Sequence record: SRR22947725_3046
Strand: one strand, 5' to 3'
Length of the DNA stretch: 49,623 nucleotides
The position numbers and the translations under genes were made by a program. Each line of letters begins with the position of its first letter. Position 1 is the stretch's first letter. A model generated the notes under the pieces. The model had not been told where the DNA came from, ran no database searches, and saw nothing but the letters and a program-made list of their open reading frames with translations. This document shows positions 1 to 9,628 of this stretch, one piece after another.

Positions 1-1
1 A

Positions 2-265
2 CAACTAGATGCGTACTTACAAGTAGCAAATAGTTCTAGTTTAGGTTCTGGTAACACTAACTTGACTCAATCTGACTCTCCTCCTGGAGGCCCATCTGTC
101 GGTGACCTGTGGTTCGATACGTCAGACCCCAGATTATATGTTTACTATTCAGATGGCTCGTCTAATCAATGGGTACAAACAAATCCAGCTGGTTCTGGCG
201 GTAGCTCGTCTAGCAGTGCCTCAACAGGAACAATCATTGCCTTAAACTATTTCTTCGGAGGATAA
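2..265 (+). CDS. 3' end of a virion/fibre structural protein (open at the window edge)
   Basis: Frame 2 is open from base 2 (QLDAYLQVANSSSLGSG...). Contains a GDLWFDT..RLYVYY..QWV module typical of phage fibre proteins and shares LDxYLxVANSSS with the 4035 ORF. Confidence 0.7.
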   Translation, partial: QLDAYLQVANSSSLGSGNTNLTQSDSPPGGPSVGDLWFDTSDPRLYVYYSDGSSNQWVQTNPAGSGGSSSSSASTGTIIALNYFFGG

Positions 266-266
266 C

Positions 267-620
267 ATGGCAGGTCCAAATATCGTAAGCGTTGCAACGC
301 TTTCAGCTCAGACAGCTGTACAGGCAGTATCTACTACCGCTACAGCTATTGTAACTAACTCAGCAGGTTCAGGCCGCGTTATTAAAGTAAATGCTTTATA
401 TGTCAGTAACGTCGATGGAACTAACAATGCAGATGTTAACGTTGATGTGTTCAGAAACAGCACAGCATATCACGTTGCAAAGACTTTAGTTGTTCCAGCA
501 GACGCTACTCTCGATATAGTATCCAAAGCCCTTTATCTTGAAGAAGGAGACGCGTTGCGTCTTACGGCTAGCGCTAATAGCGATCTTGAAGCTGTATGTT
601 CGTTTGAACAACTTAGTTAA
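267..620 (+). CDS. small beta-rich virion-associated protein
   Basis: GGAGG RBS; C-terminal LYLEEGD.L....S..SDL motif typical of small structural proteins of marine phages. Confidence 0.6.
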   Translation: MAGPNIVSVATLSAQTAVQAVSTTATAIVTNSAGSGRVIKVNALYVSNVDGTNNADVNVDVFRNSTAYHVAKTLVVPADATLDIVSKALYLEEGDALRLTASANSDLEAVCSFEQLS

Positions 621-631
621 GGAGGTCGGCT

Positions 632-730
632 ATGTCTCGTAAAACTCCGTTCGGCCGAATAGGTAAGAAGAATACACCTGGATCTTTTAGCATTTACGAG
701 TTCACAGGTTCCGGATCAATTACTTTTTAG
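632..730 (+). CDS. 32-aa mini-paralogue of the Gly-rich proteins (N- and C-terminal motifs only)
   Basis: GGAGG at 621-625, ATG at 632; translates MSRKTPFGRIGKKNTPGSFSIYEFTGSGSITF*. Not in the ORF track. Confidence 0.7.
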   Translation: MSRKTPFGRIGKKNTPGSFSIYEFTGSGSITF

Positions 731-739
731 GAACGAATT

Positions 740-1651
740 ATGCGTAGAGGAAACTCAGGTCAATTAGGTAAAACCAAAAATACGTCAGATACCGCTGCCT
801 CGGGTATTTTTGATTTAAACACACAAGCACTTGCTCAAGGTGATGGCAATTGGCCAGGCCTGGCCGCCTCTGTAGTAGTTGATCTTCTTCTAGTTGCTGG
901 AGGCGGCGGAGGTGGTTCTACTGAAGGACACTCTGGCGCTGGAGGTGGCGGCGGTGGCGGATATATATCAAGCAACACCGTTACTTTGGCAGAAGGTACG
1001 TCATATACCGTCACAGTCGGATCCGGCGGAGCGGCTGGATCTGGTGGTGGCAACGGAGGCGTAGGTAGTAATACTACTTTCACCGGGACAGGATTTACTA
1101 CTCTTGATGCTAACAGGGGTGGTTATGGATCTAGGCGAGTCGGCACCGGCGGTAATGGTGGTTCCGGAGGCGGAGGAGCTCTGTACAGTGGAGGTGTAGC
1201 TGAACCTGCTGGCCAAGGTAATCCTGGTGGTTCAGGTACAAATGACTATGGTGGTGGTGGCGGTGGCGGTGGCGCTGGCCAAGCCGGTTTTGATCGCAAT
1301 GGAAATAATGGCGGCGCCGGCGGTGATGGCGAATACAATAGTATTACTGGTACCAATACAGCTTACGCTGGCGGAGGCGGTGGAGGTAGACACTCCTCTG
1401 GAAGCAATCCTGGACCTGGCGGCGCCGGAGGCGGAGGTTCCGATCAGGGCTCTGGAGCCGTAAATTCAGGTGGTGGTGGAGGAGGCCGAGGCGGCCAAAA
1501 CTTCAATTCCACCGGTGGTGCTGGTGGTTCTGGAGTTATGATTTTACGTACAATTAGTACTGCTACGACTACAACTGGATCGCCTACCATCAGTACTGAT
1601 GGTTCTTATAACATCTATAAATTTACTGGTTCAGGATCAATTACTTTTTAA
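740..1651 (+). CDS. glycine-rich virion protein, paralogue 1
   Basis: LLVAGGGGGG motif, Gly-rich core, C-terminal DGSYNIYKFTGSGSITF. Confidence 0.8.
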   Translation: MRRGNSGQLGKTKNTSDTAASGIFDLNTQALAQGDGNWPGLAASVVVDLLLVAGGGGGGSTEGHSGAGGGGGGGYISSNTVTLAEGTSYTVTVGSGGAAGSGGGNGGVGSNTTFTGTGFTTLDANRGGYGSRRVGTGGNGGSGGGGALYSGGVAEPAGQGNPGGSGTNDYGGGGGGGGAGQAGFDRNGNNGGAGGDGEYNSITGTNTAYAGGGGGGRHSSGSNPGPGGAGGGGSDQGSGAVNSGGGGGGRGGQNFNSTGGAGGSGVMILRTISTATTTTGSPTISTDGSYNIYKFTGSGSITF

Positions 1652-1660
1652 GGAGTTACT

Positions 1661-2662
1661 GTGTCTCGTTGGAACTCAGGTATCATTGGCAAAAAAGCAA
1701 TTGCAGCTAATACTAGCTCTGCAAGTGGTATTTTTTCGGTTAACGATGCTGCTTACGAGACTGGTGCCGGCAATTGGCCCTCAGTGGCGATCCCAGCATC
1801 GATGGAGTTTCTGGTTGTTGCAGGTGGCGGTGGAGGCAGTGGCAGCCCCAGCAACCGACACGGAGGTGGTGGTGGAGCCGGTGGTTATAGAACTTCCACA
1901 CATTCGATAACCGCAGGTGAAACTTATACGATAACGGTTGGTTCAGGTGGTACAGGCGGTGCTTCTGCCACGCAAGGAGTTAATGGAGCTAATTCGTCTA
2001 TAATTGGCCCCGGTAGCCTTAGTTTTATTTCTGCCGGCGGTGGAGCTGGCGGTGTGGCTAGACTTGATACAGGTAACGGCAATGGTACCGGTGCTGGTAA
2101 CGATGGTGGTAGCGGCGGCGGTGGTGGTGAATCCTTTGGCGGCCCTGGTTTTGGTAACGGTAACGTCCCTTCTACAAGTCCTTCGCAGGGTAATCCAGGC
2201 GGCACTACAATAGGATCGACTAACGCAAGCGGTGGCGGTGGTGCTGGCTCGATTGGAGCAAACAATACTACACTGGCACCTGGCGGAGGCCTCAGCGCTG
2301 GGCCAGGCGGCGCAGGCCTGTACTCGTCCATAACAGGATCCAATACTGCGTATGCAGGTGGCGGCGCCGGAGGAAACGATGAATATTATGGTGTTTCTGT
2401 AGGCGGTGTTGGCGGCGGCGGAGGTGGTTCTGGTACTAATGGTTTTTCAAGAGGAACTCCAGGTACCGTAAACACTGGCGGTGGTGCCGGCGGGTCTTGG
2501 AGTGACGCGGGTGGTGGCGGCTACACGCCCAACGGCGGCTCTGGTATTGTAATCATTCGGACCTCATCTACCGCGGCCTCAACTACAGGCTCGCCTACCG
2601 TCAGTACCGATGGGTCTTATAACATCTATCAGTTCACTGGATCTGGAACAATAACTTTTTAG
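1661..2662 (+). CDS. glycine-rich virion protein, paralogue 2
   Basis: AAGGAG RBS with GTG start; same architecture and C-terminus as paralogue 1. Confidence 0.8.
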   Translation: MSRWNSGIIGKKAIAANTSSASGIFSVNDAAYETGAGNWPSVAIPASMEFLVVAGGGGGSGSPSNRHGGGGGAGGYRTSTHSITAGETYTITVGSGGTGGASATQGVNGANSSIIGPGSLSFISAGGGAGGVARLDTGNGNGTGAGNDGGSGGGGGESFGGPGFGNGNVPSTSPSQGNPGGTTIGSTNASGGGGAGSIGANNTTLAPGGGLSAGPGGAGLYSSITGSNTAYAGGGAGGNDEYYGVSVGGVGGGGGGSGTNGFSRGTPGTVNTGGGAGGSWSDAGGGGYTPNGGSGIVIIRTSSTAASTTGSPTVSTDGSYNIYQFTGSGTITF

Positions 2663-2670
2663 GTAAAGTT

Positions 2671-3624
2671 ATGAGACGCAATGCTGGTACATTAGGTAAA
2701 AAGAATGCAGCTAACACATCTAGCGCTTCTGGTATATTTCAAATTAATACAGCGGCTTACCTGCAAGGCCGAAGCGAGTGGCCATCGTCACCTACAGACA
2801 CGTTAGTTGATTATCTAATTGTTGCTGGCGGAGGCGGTGGATTATTTGGCGGCGGCGGTGGCGGTGGTGTGTTAGCCGCCTCTGATGTCCCATTCTCTTC
2901 TGGTACGACATATACTATAACAGTAGGCGGCGGTGGAGATGGTTGGAAAAGAGTAGATGGATCCAACCTACCTACGCGGGGAGGCAATTCATCTATTGTA
3001 ACAGTTACAACTGCAGTGGGCGGTGGAGCTGGTGGTGCAAACCCCAGCACTCACGATAGGTACAATGGTGGATCGGGAGGCGGCGCTGGACACAGTTCAT
3101 CTACTTACTTTGTAGGTGGTAAAGGTATTTACACAGGTTCTTCATACATTTCAGGTCCCCGCCAAGGTTATGATGGCGGCGCTAATAAAACAACCAATCC
3201 TTACGGTCAAGGTGGCGGCGGCGGCGGCGGTGGCGTTGGTGGCTCGGCCGCAGGATCAGCTAGTGGCAATGGAGGAATAGGATACTATTCGTCTATTACC
3301 GGTTCCAACACTGCTTATGCGGGTGGTGGTGGCGGTGGCGGTTGGGCTGGAGGAACTTCAGCGGGAGCAGGTGGCACTGGAGGAGGTGCTGCAGGATCTA
3401 CCTCTGATGGGGCCACAGCTAGTAGTGGAACAAATGGTCTCGGAGGGGGCGGTGGTGGCGGCTCTATTGGAGCGGCTGGAGGACCGGGTGGAAACGGCGG
3501 TGATGGTGTTATAATTATAAGGACACTAGGCACAGCGTCGTCAACCACAGGCTCGCCTACTGTAACAACAGATGGATCTTATAACATCTATCAGTTTACC
3601 GGATCGGGAACAATTACTTTCTAA
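2671..3624 (+). CDS. glycine-rich virion protein, paralogue 3
   Basis: Same architecture; ends DGSYNIYQFTGSGTITF. Confidence 0.8.
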   Translation: MRRNAGTLGKKNAANTSSASGIFQINTAAYLQGRSEWPSSPTDTLVDYLIVAGGGGGLFGGGGGGGVLAASDVPFSSGTTYTITVGGGGDGWKRVDGSNLPTRGGNSSIVTVTTAVGGGAGGANPSTHDRYNGGSGGGAGHSSSTYFVGGKGIYTGSSYISGPRQGYDGGANKTTNPYGQGGGGGGGGVGGSAAGSASGNGGIGYYSSITGSNTAYAGGGGGGGWAGGTSAGAGGTGGGAAGSTSDGATASSGTNGLGGGGGGGSIGAAGGPGGNGGDGVIIIRTLGTASSTTGSPTVTTDGSYNIYQFTGSGTITF

Positions 3625-3636
3625 GAGGAAACAAAA

Positions 3637-4002
3637 ATGGCGCATTTTGCTGAACTAGGCATAGATAATATTGTCAATCGAGTTATTGTAGTTCACAACA
3701 ACGAATTATTAGACGGTGACGGCGTAGAGCAAGAGCACTTGGGTGTTGCATTTTGTAACAATTTGTTTGGTGGTACGTGGATTCAAACTTCGTACAACGG
3801 AAACATTAGAGCCCGATTTGCAGGCGTAGGTTACACTTATAATAGCTCACTAGATGCTTTTATCACTCCTAAGCCTTACGACAGTTGGGTACTTAATAAC
3901 GAAACCACTGAGTGGGAAGCTCCAGTCGCAAGGCCTGATGATGGGCAGAAATACGAGTGGGATGAAGAAAATACTCAATGGACACTAATACCGTCCGAAT
4001 AA
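3637..4002 (+). CDS. conserved phage protein (MAHFAEL family), possibly a fibre chaperone or accessory
   Basis: MAHFAEL..N.V..VIVV, W.QTSYN..IR..FAG.GY.Y....DAFI.PKP..SW; this family commonly follows Gly-rich genes in aquatic phages. Confidence 0.7.
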   Translation: MAHFAELGIDNIVNRVIVVHNNELLDGDGVEQEHLGVAFCNNLFGGTWIQTSYNGNIRARFAGVGYTYNSSLDAFITPKPYDSWVLNNETTEWEAPVARPDDGQKYEWDEENTQWTLIPSE

Positions 4003-4034
4003 ATAATTAACAACCTTGAAACTTTGGATCATGA

Positions 4035-6608
4035 ATGGCGGTCAACTTTCCAGACAATCCCTCAAACGGCCAGACGGTAACTTTTGGTTCGACGACCTAT
4101 ACCTATAATTCGACAAAAGGTATATGGACGTCTGGCTCTACAAATACAGATCAGTCTATACTCGACAATTATCTCGAAGTAGCAAATAGCTCATCGATTG
4201 GTGTTACTACGTACTCTGCGTTATCTGATTTACCTTTGTCAGGACAATCTACAGGTAAGATGGCTTATGTGTCAGGTACAAGCAGATTGTATCTGTGGGC
4301 TGGTAGTGGCTGGTACAACATTGCGCTGGTTAATACAGATCCAAGCATTAGCGGAGCCAGTTCAACTTACAATCTTGATACAGGTGGTGCCAACACAGTT
4401 GTTACATTAGCTTCTTCTGATCCAGAAGGGCTACCGATTTCGTTCAGTTTGTCTACTTCGGGGCTTGGTGTTGGCGCTAATGCCATTGCTACTGTTACTC
4501 AGTCAAATAATATCTTTACATTTACTCCTACAACTAACACGGCCCTAGCAGGAACATTTACAGCTACGTTCACTGCAAGTGATGGTGTAAACGTAGCCGT
4601 TGCCAATAGTTCGTTTACACTGGCATTCACTGTTAACAATAGTAATTACACTACTGCATTAATTACATCAGTAGGTACTAATAATCAAGTCAATAATACC
4701 TTCGTAGATTCAAGTACCAATAGTCATACTATCACTGCTGCTGGTGATGCAACACAGACTACATTTAGTCCTTATCGTCATGGTGGGTATTCGACTTATT
4801 TTGATGGGACGGGTGACTATCTATCAGCTGCAGGTACAACAATTTTTGATATATCTAGCTCTACGGCTACGTTTACTGTTGAGGCGTGGATATACCCAAC
4901 CTCATTTGTTAGCGGTGCCTATAATTATAGATTTGCATATATTATTTCCAAGGGAGTTGTATATGCTGGCTTTGGTTACGCTAGTGACGGTAAGTTACGC
5001 TTTTACACATACAGCGGCAGCGAAAACTACGTTAACTCAAGTGCAGGTGCTATAAAATTAAATACGTGGACCCACGTTGCAGTTGTGTCTAATGCAGGAA
5101 GTGTAACTCTATATGTCAATGGTGTGGCTGACGGTACTGGTACGCTAGTAGCACCTCAGTCAGGTGGAGTTGGTGTTGCTCCTAAAATAGGATCGGCTGA
5201 TACAAGCCAGTCCGCTGATTTTGTAAACGGCATTATATCTAATTTAAGAGTTGTTGATGGCACCGCTGTCTACACTTCTGCGTTTACACCACCAACAGAA
5301 CGCCTCACAGCAATCACCAATACTAGCCTACTCACTTGTCACTTGCCTTACATAGCAGACGGCTCGACTAACAGCCACTCTATAACTGTGGCGGGCGACC
5401 CAATTGTAGAGCCTTTTGCTCCCTTTGATGCACAAGAATATTCAGCATCAGATCATGGAGGCTCCGCACAATTTGATGGTACAGGAGATTACTTAGCTAC
5501 TGCAGCAGATTCTTCGCTAACAGTAGGTACCGGACAGTTTACTCTAGAATGCTGGTTTCAAGTTAACACAGATGCCCAATATACTCTTCTTGCTCTTATC
5601 AACGGGGGCACTAATGTAATGAACATTTTTTATTACCACACAAATGATAGTATTGGTATATATGATTCAGGTTGGGTAACAGGAAATACAGGAAGCGGGA
5701 CAAATCATGATATTATTGATTTAAATATTTGGCATCATTTAGCTCTAGTAAGAGATGCTACAAACATGAAAGTATATGTTAATGGAGTAGAGAGGTATAG
5801 TGGGGCTAATAGTACTAATTATAATAATGATCGAATATGGATTGGGCAAAATCAATATGGTAATAATTTAGTGGGAAATATATCTGATGTTCGTCTAGTA
5901 AAAGGCACAGCAGTATATACAAGTAATTTTACTCCACCAACTGCTCCACTAACAGCAATCACCAACACCTCTCTACTTCTTAATGGCACAAACGCAGGTA
6001 TTATTGATAAGTCGCAGTCAGTTAAGACATTGACACTGGCTGGTGATACTAAATCATCTACTACTCAGACAAAGTATTTAAGTTCGTCAATGTATTTTGA
6101 TGGTACAGGAGATTACATAGAGTCAAATAAAGATGGAAATTTTTTAAACAATGGTTCTTGGACTATGGAAATGTGGCTACGCCCTTCTGGTACAGGTAAT
6201 CAAGCTATTGGGCCTTCTTTTGGAGGAGGTTTCGGAGGGTGGAATAGTTCAAATGGTCACCAATGGATAAATTATAATTATGAAGGTACTTTTACTCTGG
6301 CCTACTATGGAACGAATAGTACTTATAATGTTGTAACTATTGGAAGTTTTCCTTTTGTTGCAGATACTTGGTATCATTACGCAATTTCTTGGGACGGAAC
6401 AACATTAAGATTTTTTAAAGATGGAACTTCAATACATACAACTACAACTTTTATACCGAAAGATATGACTGCTACATATATGAATCTTGGCAGAATGAAT
6501 GATAATTCATACTATTTTACAGGATATTATTCGGATGTACGTATAACTGAAGGTCTAGCAAGGTACACCTCAAACTTCACGCCACCCACCTCAGCTTTAT
6601 TAGGCTAA
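4035..6608 (+). CDS. LamG/concanavalin A-like lectin-domain fibre protein (three LamG repeats)
   Basis: MAVNFP.NP..GQ N-terminus; three S.xFDGTGDY...F/WTxExW...WxHxA...SxxR...YTSxFTPPT repeats. Confidence 0.8.
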   Translation: MAVNFPDNPSNGQTVTFGSTTYTYNSTKGIWTSGSTNTDQSILDNYLEVANSSSIGVTTYSALSDLPLSGQSTGKMAYVSGTSRLYLWAGSGWYNIALVNTDPSISGASSTYNLDTGGANTVVTLASSDPEGLPISFSLSTSGLGVGANAIATVTQSNNIFTFTPTTNTALAGTFTATFTASDGVNVAVANSSFTLAFTVNNSNYTTALITSVGTNNQVNNTFVDSSTNSHTITAAGDATQTTFSPYRHGGYSTYFDGTGDYLSAAGTTIFDISSSTATFTVEAWIYPTSFVSGAYNYRFAYIISKGVVYAGFGYASDGKLRFYTYSGSENYVNSSAGAIKLNTWTHVAVVSNAGSVTLYVNGVADGTGTLVAPQSGGVGVAPKIGSADTSQSADFVNGIISNLRVVDGTAVYTSAFTPPTERLTAITNTSLLTCHLPYIADGSTNSHSITVAGDPIVEPFAPFDAQEYSASDHGGSAQFDGTGDYLATAADSSLTVGTGQFTLECWFQVNTDAQYTLLALINGGTNVMNIFYYHTNDSIGIYDSGWVTGNTGSGTNHDIIDLNIWHHLALVRDATNMKVYVNGVERYSGANSTNYNNDRIWIGQNQYGNNLVGNISDVRLVKGTAVYTSNFTPPTAPLTAITNTSLLLNGTNAGIIDKSQSVKTLTLAGDTKSSTTQTKYLSSSMYFDGTGDYIESNKDGNFLNNGSWTMEMWLRPSGTGNQAIGPSFGGGFGGWNSSNGHQWINYNYEGTFTLAYYGTNSTYNVVTIGSFPFVADTWYHYAISWDGTTLRFFKDGTSIHTTTTFIPKDMTATYMNLGRMNDNSYYFTGYYSDVRITEGLARYTSNFTPPTSALLG

Positions 6609-6621
6609 GGTAATTTATTTT

Positions 6622-6629
6622 TATAAATA
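6622..6629 (+). promoter_or_regulatory. T4-type late promoter
   Basis: TATAAATA in the intergenic gap upstream of the head genes; gp55 is encoded in the window. Confidence 0.8.
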
Positions 6630-6649
6630 CTATGATCGAGGAGTATATT

Positions 6650-6865
6650 ATGCCAGAAGTAAAAGACGCGATTGATCAACTTGCCAATAAGCAATACGAT
6701 CAGTTTCGCTCAACCGTCAGTGACCTTTTAATGGATCGCCTTAAAGGTAGAATTGATAACGAAAAGTATGCAGTAGGGCAATCTATCTTTGCCGACGAGC
6801 AGCCCGAAGAAGTTGATGCGGAACTTGAAGACGATCAGGCAGAGCCTGAGGTCGACGAATTATAA
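6650..6865 (+). CDS. small acidic protein, gp67-like prohead core by position
   Basis: GAGGAG RBS before ATG 6650; acidic tail; upstream of gp21. Confidence 0.5.
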   Translation: MPEVKDAIDQLANKQYDQFRSTVSDLLMDRLKGRIDNEKYAVGQSIFADEQPEEVDAELEDDQAEPEVDEL

Positions 6866-6884
6866 CAACCAGAGGAGACTTCTG

Positions 6885-7415
6885 ATGAAGAAGTTTAAGG
6901 ACCTGTTTGAAGATAGTCCTGCAAAAGACTATAAAACAAACAAGGAAGACGATAAGCAGGAGTATAAGCCCCGCTCAAAAGGCGAGCAGGATTTTGCTAA
7001 TATGCATATGGTCACTAAGACCGGGCACCCCGTAGCCTTTGATCATCAGTTTACCGGTAATGTTACTGGCAATCCTGATGAACACAAGGGCGGCAAAAAG
7101 CATGCAGGTGGCGAAACCGAACCTGTCAAGCAGGGTTCTTCTAAGATTAAAGAGAGCAAGAAGTTTAGCGACTTCCGAACAGTTCTTGACGAAGGGGTCG
7201 TCGATACTCTAAAAAAGATTAAAAGCAGTAAGCGCCCAGAATCTGTAAAGTTTAAGAACAAGCAAACTTTAAAGGTAGATGCGGTTACTGCTAATAAAAT
7301 ACTGGCGGTTCATGATGCTCTCAAGCCAGCTAATGCAAAAAAGTTTAGAGACAATTTGGAAAAGGGCGAGTCATCATTTATGACGATGGTTGATTTTGCT
7401 ATGCAGAACGCGTAA
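6885..7415 (+). CDS. hypothetical head-associated/prohead core protein
   Basis: GAGGAG RBS before ATG 6885; MKKFKDLFE N-terminus resembles T4 capsid-targeting leaders. Confidence 0.55.
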   Translation: MKKFKDLFEDSPAKDYKTNKEDDKQEYKPRSKGEQDFANMHMVTKTGHPVAFDHQFTGNVTGNPDEHKGGKKHAGGETEPVKQGSSKIKESKKFSDFRTVLDEGVVDTLKKIKSSKRPESVKFKNKQTLKVDAVTANKILAVHDALKPANAKKFRDNLEKGESSFMTMVDFAMQNA

Positions 7416-7424
7416 GGATCTATA

Positions 7425-7757
7425 ATGCCTATTACAACAAATCAAAACAAGCCAGGCGGTTACGTAGTTGTACGAGCTACAGCTAACGATACCATCAATC
7501 TGACAACAGCAGCCACCGCTGGTGAGACTGTCAATTCAATGTCAATATCTCAAATTGTTTGGGCAGTAGATGGTACCAACCGTTGGACAGTAACTCGCGG
7601 AAGCGATACGGTAGCAGTACTAACTGGTTCTGGTGGCCAGGATTATCAGGGCCTTCGCCTTGAAACAGACGCTCAGCTTACTGCTAATTGTAACGTAGCT
7701 CTTAGTGGCGGTAACGGTTACATCATTGTTCAGCTGCACAAGGTATCTGGAGAATGA
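7425..7757 (+). CDS. hypothetical virion protein
   Basis: Lies in the late operon, beta-rich composition, translationally coupled to gp21. Confidence 0.55.
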   Translation: MPITTNQNKPGGYVVVRATANDTINLTTAATAGETVNSMSISQIVWAVDGTNRWTVTRGSDTVAVLTGSGGQDYQGLRLETDAQLTANCNVALSGGNGYIIVQLHKVSGE

Positions 7758-8410
7758 GCATGAAGCTAATCACAGAGATTAACGAATCTGTAGAATACAT
7801 TGCAGAAGCAAGAGAGGACGGAAAGAAGGATTACTTCATTCGTGGTCCTTTTATGCAAGCAAATATTAAGAACCGTAATGGACGAGTATATCCTGCAGAA
7901 GTACTTCAAAAAGAAGTAGATAGATACGTCAACGAAAACGTACAAAAGAACAGAGCATATGGTGAGCTTGGACATCCAACTAGTCCAACAATTAATCTTG
8001 ATCGTGTCAGCCATATGATCAAAGAGCTTACTAGAGACGGTGATAACTTTATCGGTAAGGCTAAAATTATGACAGAGACTCCTATGGGTCGGATTGTGAA
8101 AAACTTGATGGATGAAGGAGCGAGCTTGGGTGTTTCATCACGCGGAATGGGATCGCTTAAAAACAAAAATAATGCTGCAGAGGTACAGAACGATTTCTAC
8201 CTTGCTACAGCAGCAGATATTGTAGCAGATCCATCTGCGCCAGATGCTTTCGTTGAGGGTATTATGGAAGGTAAGGAATGGGTTTGGGATAACGGTGTTA
8301 TCCGTGAAGCAACCATCAATGACTATAAGGAAGTAATTAAGGAAGCTCCTTCCAAAGATTTAACAGAAGCCAAACTTAAAGTTTGGTCTGACTTCCTGTC
8401 CAAGCTATAA
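7754..8410 (+). CDS. 21: prohead core protease gp21
   Basis: MKLITE, NRNGRVYP, GELGHP, GVSSRGMGSL, DIVADPSAPDAFV motifs (start 7754 or 7760). Confidence 0.97.
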   Translation: MSMKLITEINESVEYIAEAREDGKKDYFIRGPFMQANIKNRNGRVYPAEVLQKEVDRYVNENVQKNRAYGELGHPTSPTINLDRVSHMIKELTRDGDNFIGKAKIMTETPMGRIVKNLMDEGASLGVSSRGMGSLKNKNNAAEVQNDFYLATAADIVADPSAPDAFVEGIMEGKEWVWDNGVIREATINDYKEVIKEAPSKDLTEAKLKVWSDFLSKL

Positions 8411-8414
8411 TTTT

Positions 8415-8422
8415 TATAAATA
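8415..8422 (+). promoter_or_regulatory. T4-type late promoter
   Basis: TATAAATA upstream of gp22. Confidence 0.85.
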
Positions 8423-8450
8423 ACATTAGACCACTCAAAGGAGTTTTAAA

Positions 8451-9590
8451 ATGTCTGAACAAGATATTCAAGAAGTGGAGCTTCAGGAGACTGAGCAGCA
8501 GGTTGAAGAATCTGTTGAGACAGTAGAAGAAGAGCAACTTGACGAGTTTAAAGCGTCAATGGGCGATCCTTCAGAAGTGCCTGAGCCAACTTCAACTAAG
8601 GCAAAGCCACGCAAGGGCGACAAAAAAGTAACGGACGATCCTCAGGATTCTCCTACTGCTGTTAAAGTACCTGGCACTAAGGCAGGTATGATCAACGCCA
8701 TGATGTCTAAGATGAATGAGATGCCTACAAAGCAACTCAAGGCATCTTATGGCAAAATGATGTCTGGCCTTAAAATGGAAGACTTAGAGGTAGACGAAGA
8801 CACTATTAAAGAAGTTCATAGTGCCCGCGATCTTCCTAAGATTACATCTGAAGATGTATCAGTAGCCGAAGACGTAAATGCTATGTTTGAAGGTGCTGAC
8901 GATCTGAACGAAGAGTTCAAAGAGAAAGCTGCTACTATTTTTGAAGCAGCAGTCGTTGCTAAGGTAAATGAGCAGCTTGAAAAGATCTCGACTAACTTTG
9001 AAGCAGAGCTTGCAGAAGAAGTTGAGACTCTTCAGAAAGAAATGTCTGATAATCTTGATCAATATCTCGACTACGTAGTTGAGCAGTGGATAGAAGAAAA
9101 CCGTCTTGCTGTAGAACAAGGTTTGAAAGCTGAAATGGTAGAAGACTTTTTAAGAGGCCTTAAGGGTCTGTTTGAAGAGCACTACATTGAAATCCCAGAC
9201 GAGAAGGTTGACGTTGTTGAAGAACTCGCTGCTAAGACTGAAGAATTGGAGTCCAAGTTGAACGAGCAAATCGAAAAGAACGTTGAGCTTCACGGTGTTG
9301 TTGAGCAATATAAAAGGGATCAGCTGATTGAGTCAGTAAGCGCAAGCCTAACTGATACTCAAAAGGCTAAATTTGAGACCTTAGCTGAAGGAATTGATTT
9401 TAGTGATGAAGAGACTTTTGTTAATAAACTTAGTGTTATTAAGGAAAGTTATTTTGGCAAAGGTGAGGAAGTAACTTCATCATATGAGTTGGACGACGAT
9501 GAGCCACTAACAGAAGAAACTGCTGACAAGCAAGTTCCTGCTGAGATGGCAAATTACGTAAATGCCATTTCTAGGTCCATAAAGAAGTAA
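8451..9590 (+). CDS. 22: prohead core scaffold protein gp22
   Basis: Acidic coiled coil, FKEKAATIFEAAV, YLDYVVEQW.EEN, IKESYF; between gp21 and gp23. Confidence 0.95.
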   Translation: MSEQDIQEVELQETEQQVEESVETVEEEQLDEFKASMGDPSEVPEPTSTKAKPRKGDKKVTDDPQDSPTAVKVPGTKAGMINAMMSKMNEMPTKQLKASYGKMMSGLKMEDLEVDEDTIKEVHSARDLPKITSEDVSVAEDVNAMFEGADDLNEEFKEKAATIFEAAVVAKVNEQLEKISTNFEAELAEEVETLQKEMSDNLDQYLDYVVEQWIEENRLAVEQGLKAEMVEDFLRGLKGLFEEHYIEIPDEKVDVVEELAAKTEELESKLNEQIEKNVELHGVVEQYKRDQLIESVSASLTDTQKAKFETLAEGIDFSDEETFVNKLSVIKESYFGKGEEVTSSYELDDDEPLTEETADKQVPAEMANYVNAISRSIKK

Positions 9591-9593
9591 TAT

Positions 9594-9601
9594 TATAAAT
9601 A
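9594..9601 (+). promoter_or_regulatory. T4-type late promoter
   Basis: TATAAATA upstream of gp23. Confidence 0.85.
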
Positions 9602-9628
9602 ACTTTAGATAGATTAGAGGAGACTATC

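Noticed and set aside
890-3500. GGC/GGT runs as microsatellites or a CRISPR-like repeat
   Set aside because: They are poly-Gly codons; there is no constant repeat-spacer periodicity
835-3548. Pro-rich minus-strand ORFs (835, 1924, 2811, 3315) and Val/Ala-rich alternate-frame ORFs
   Set aside because: Shadows of GGN codon runs in the Gly-rich genes; no RBS or independent motifs
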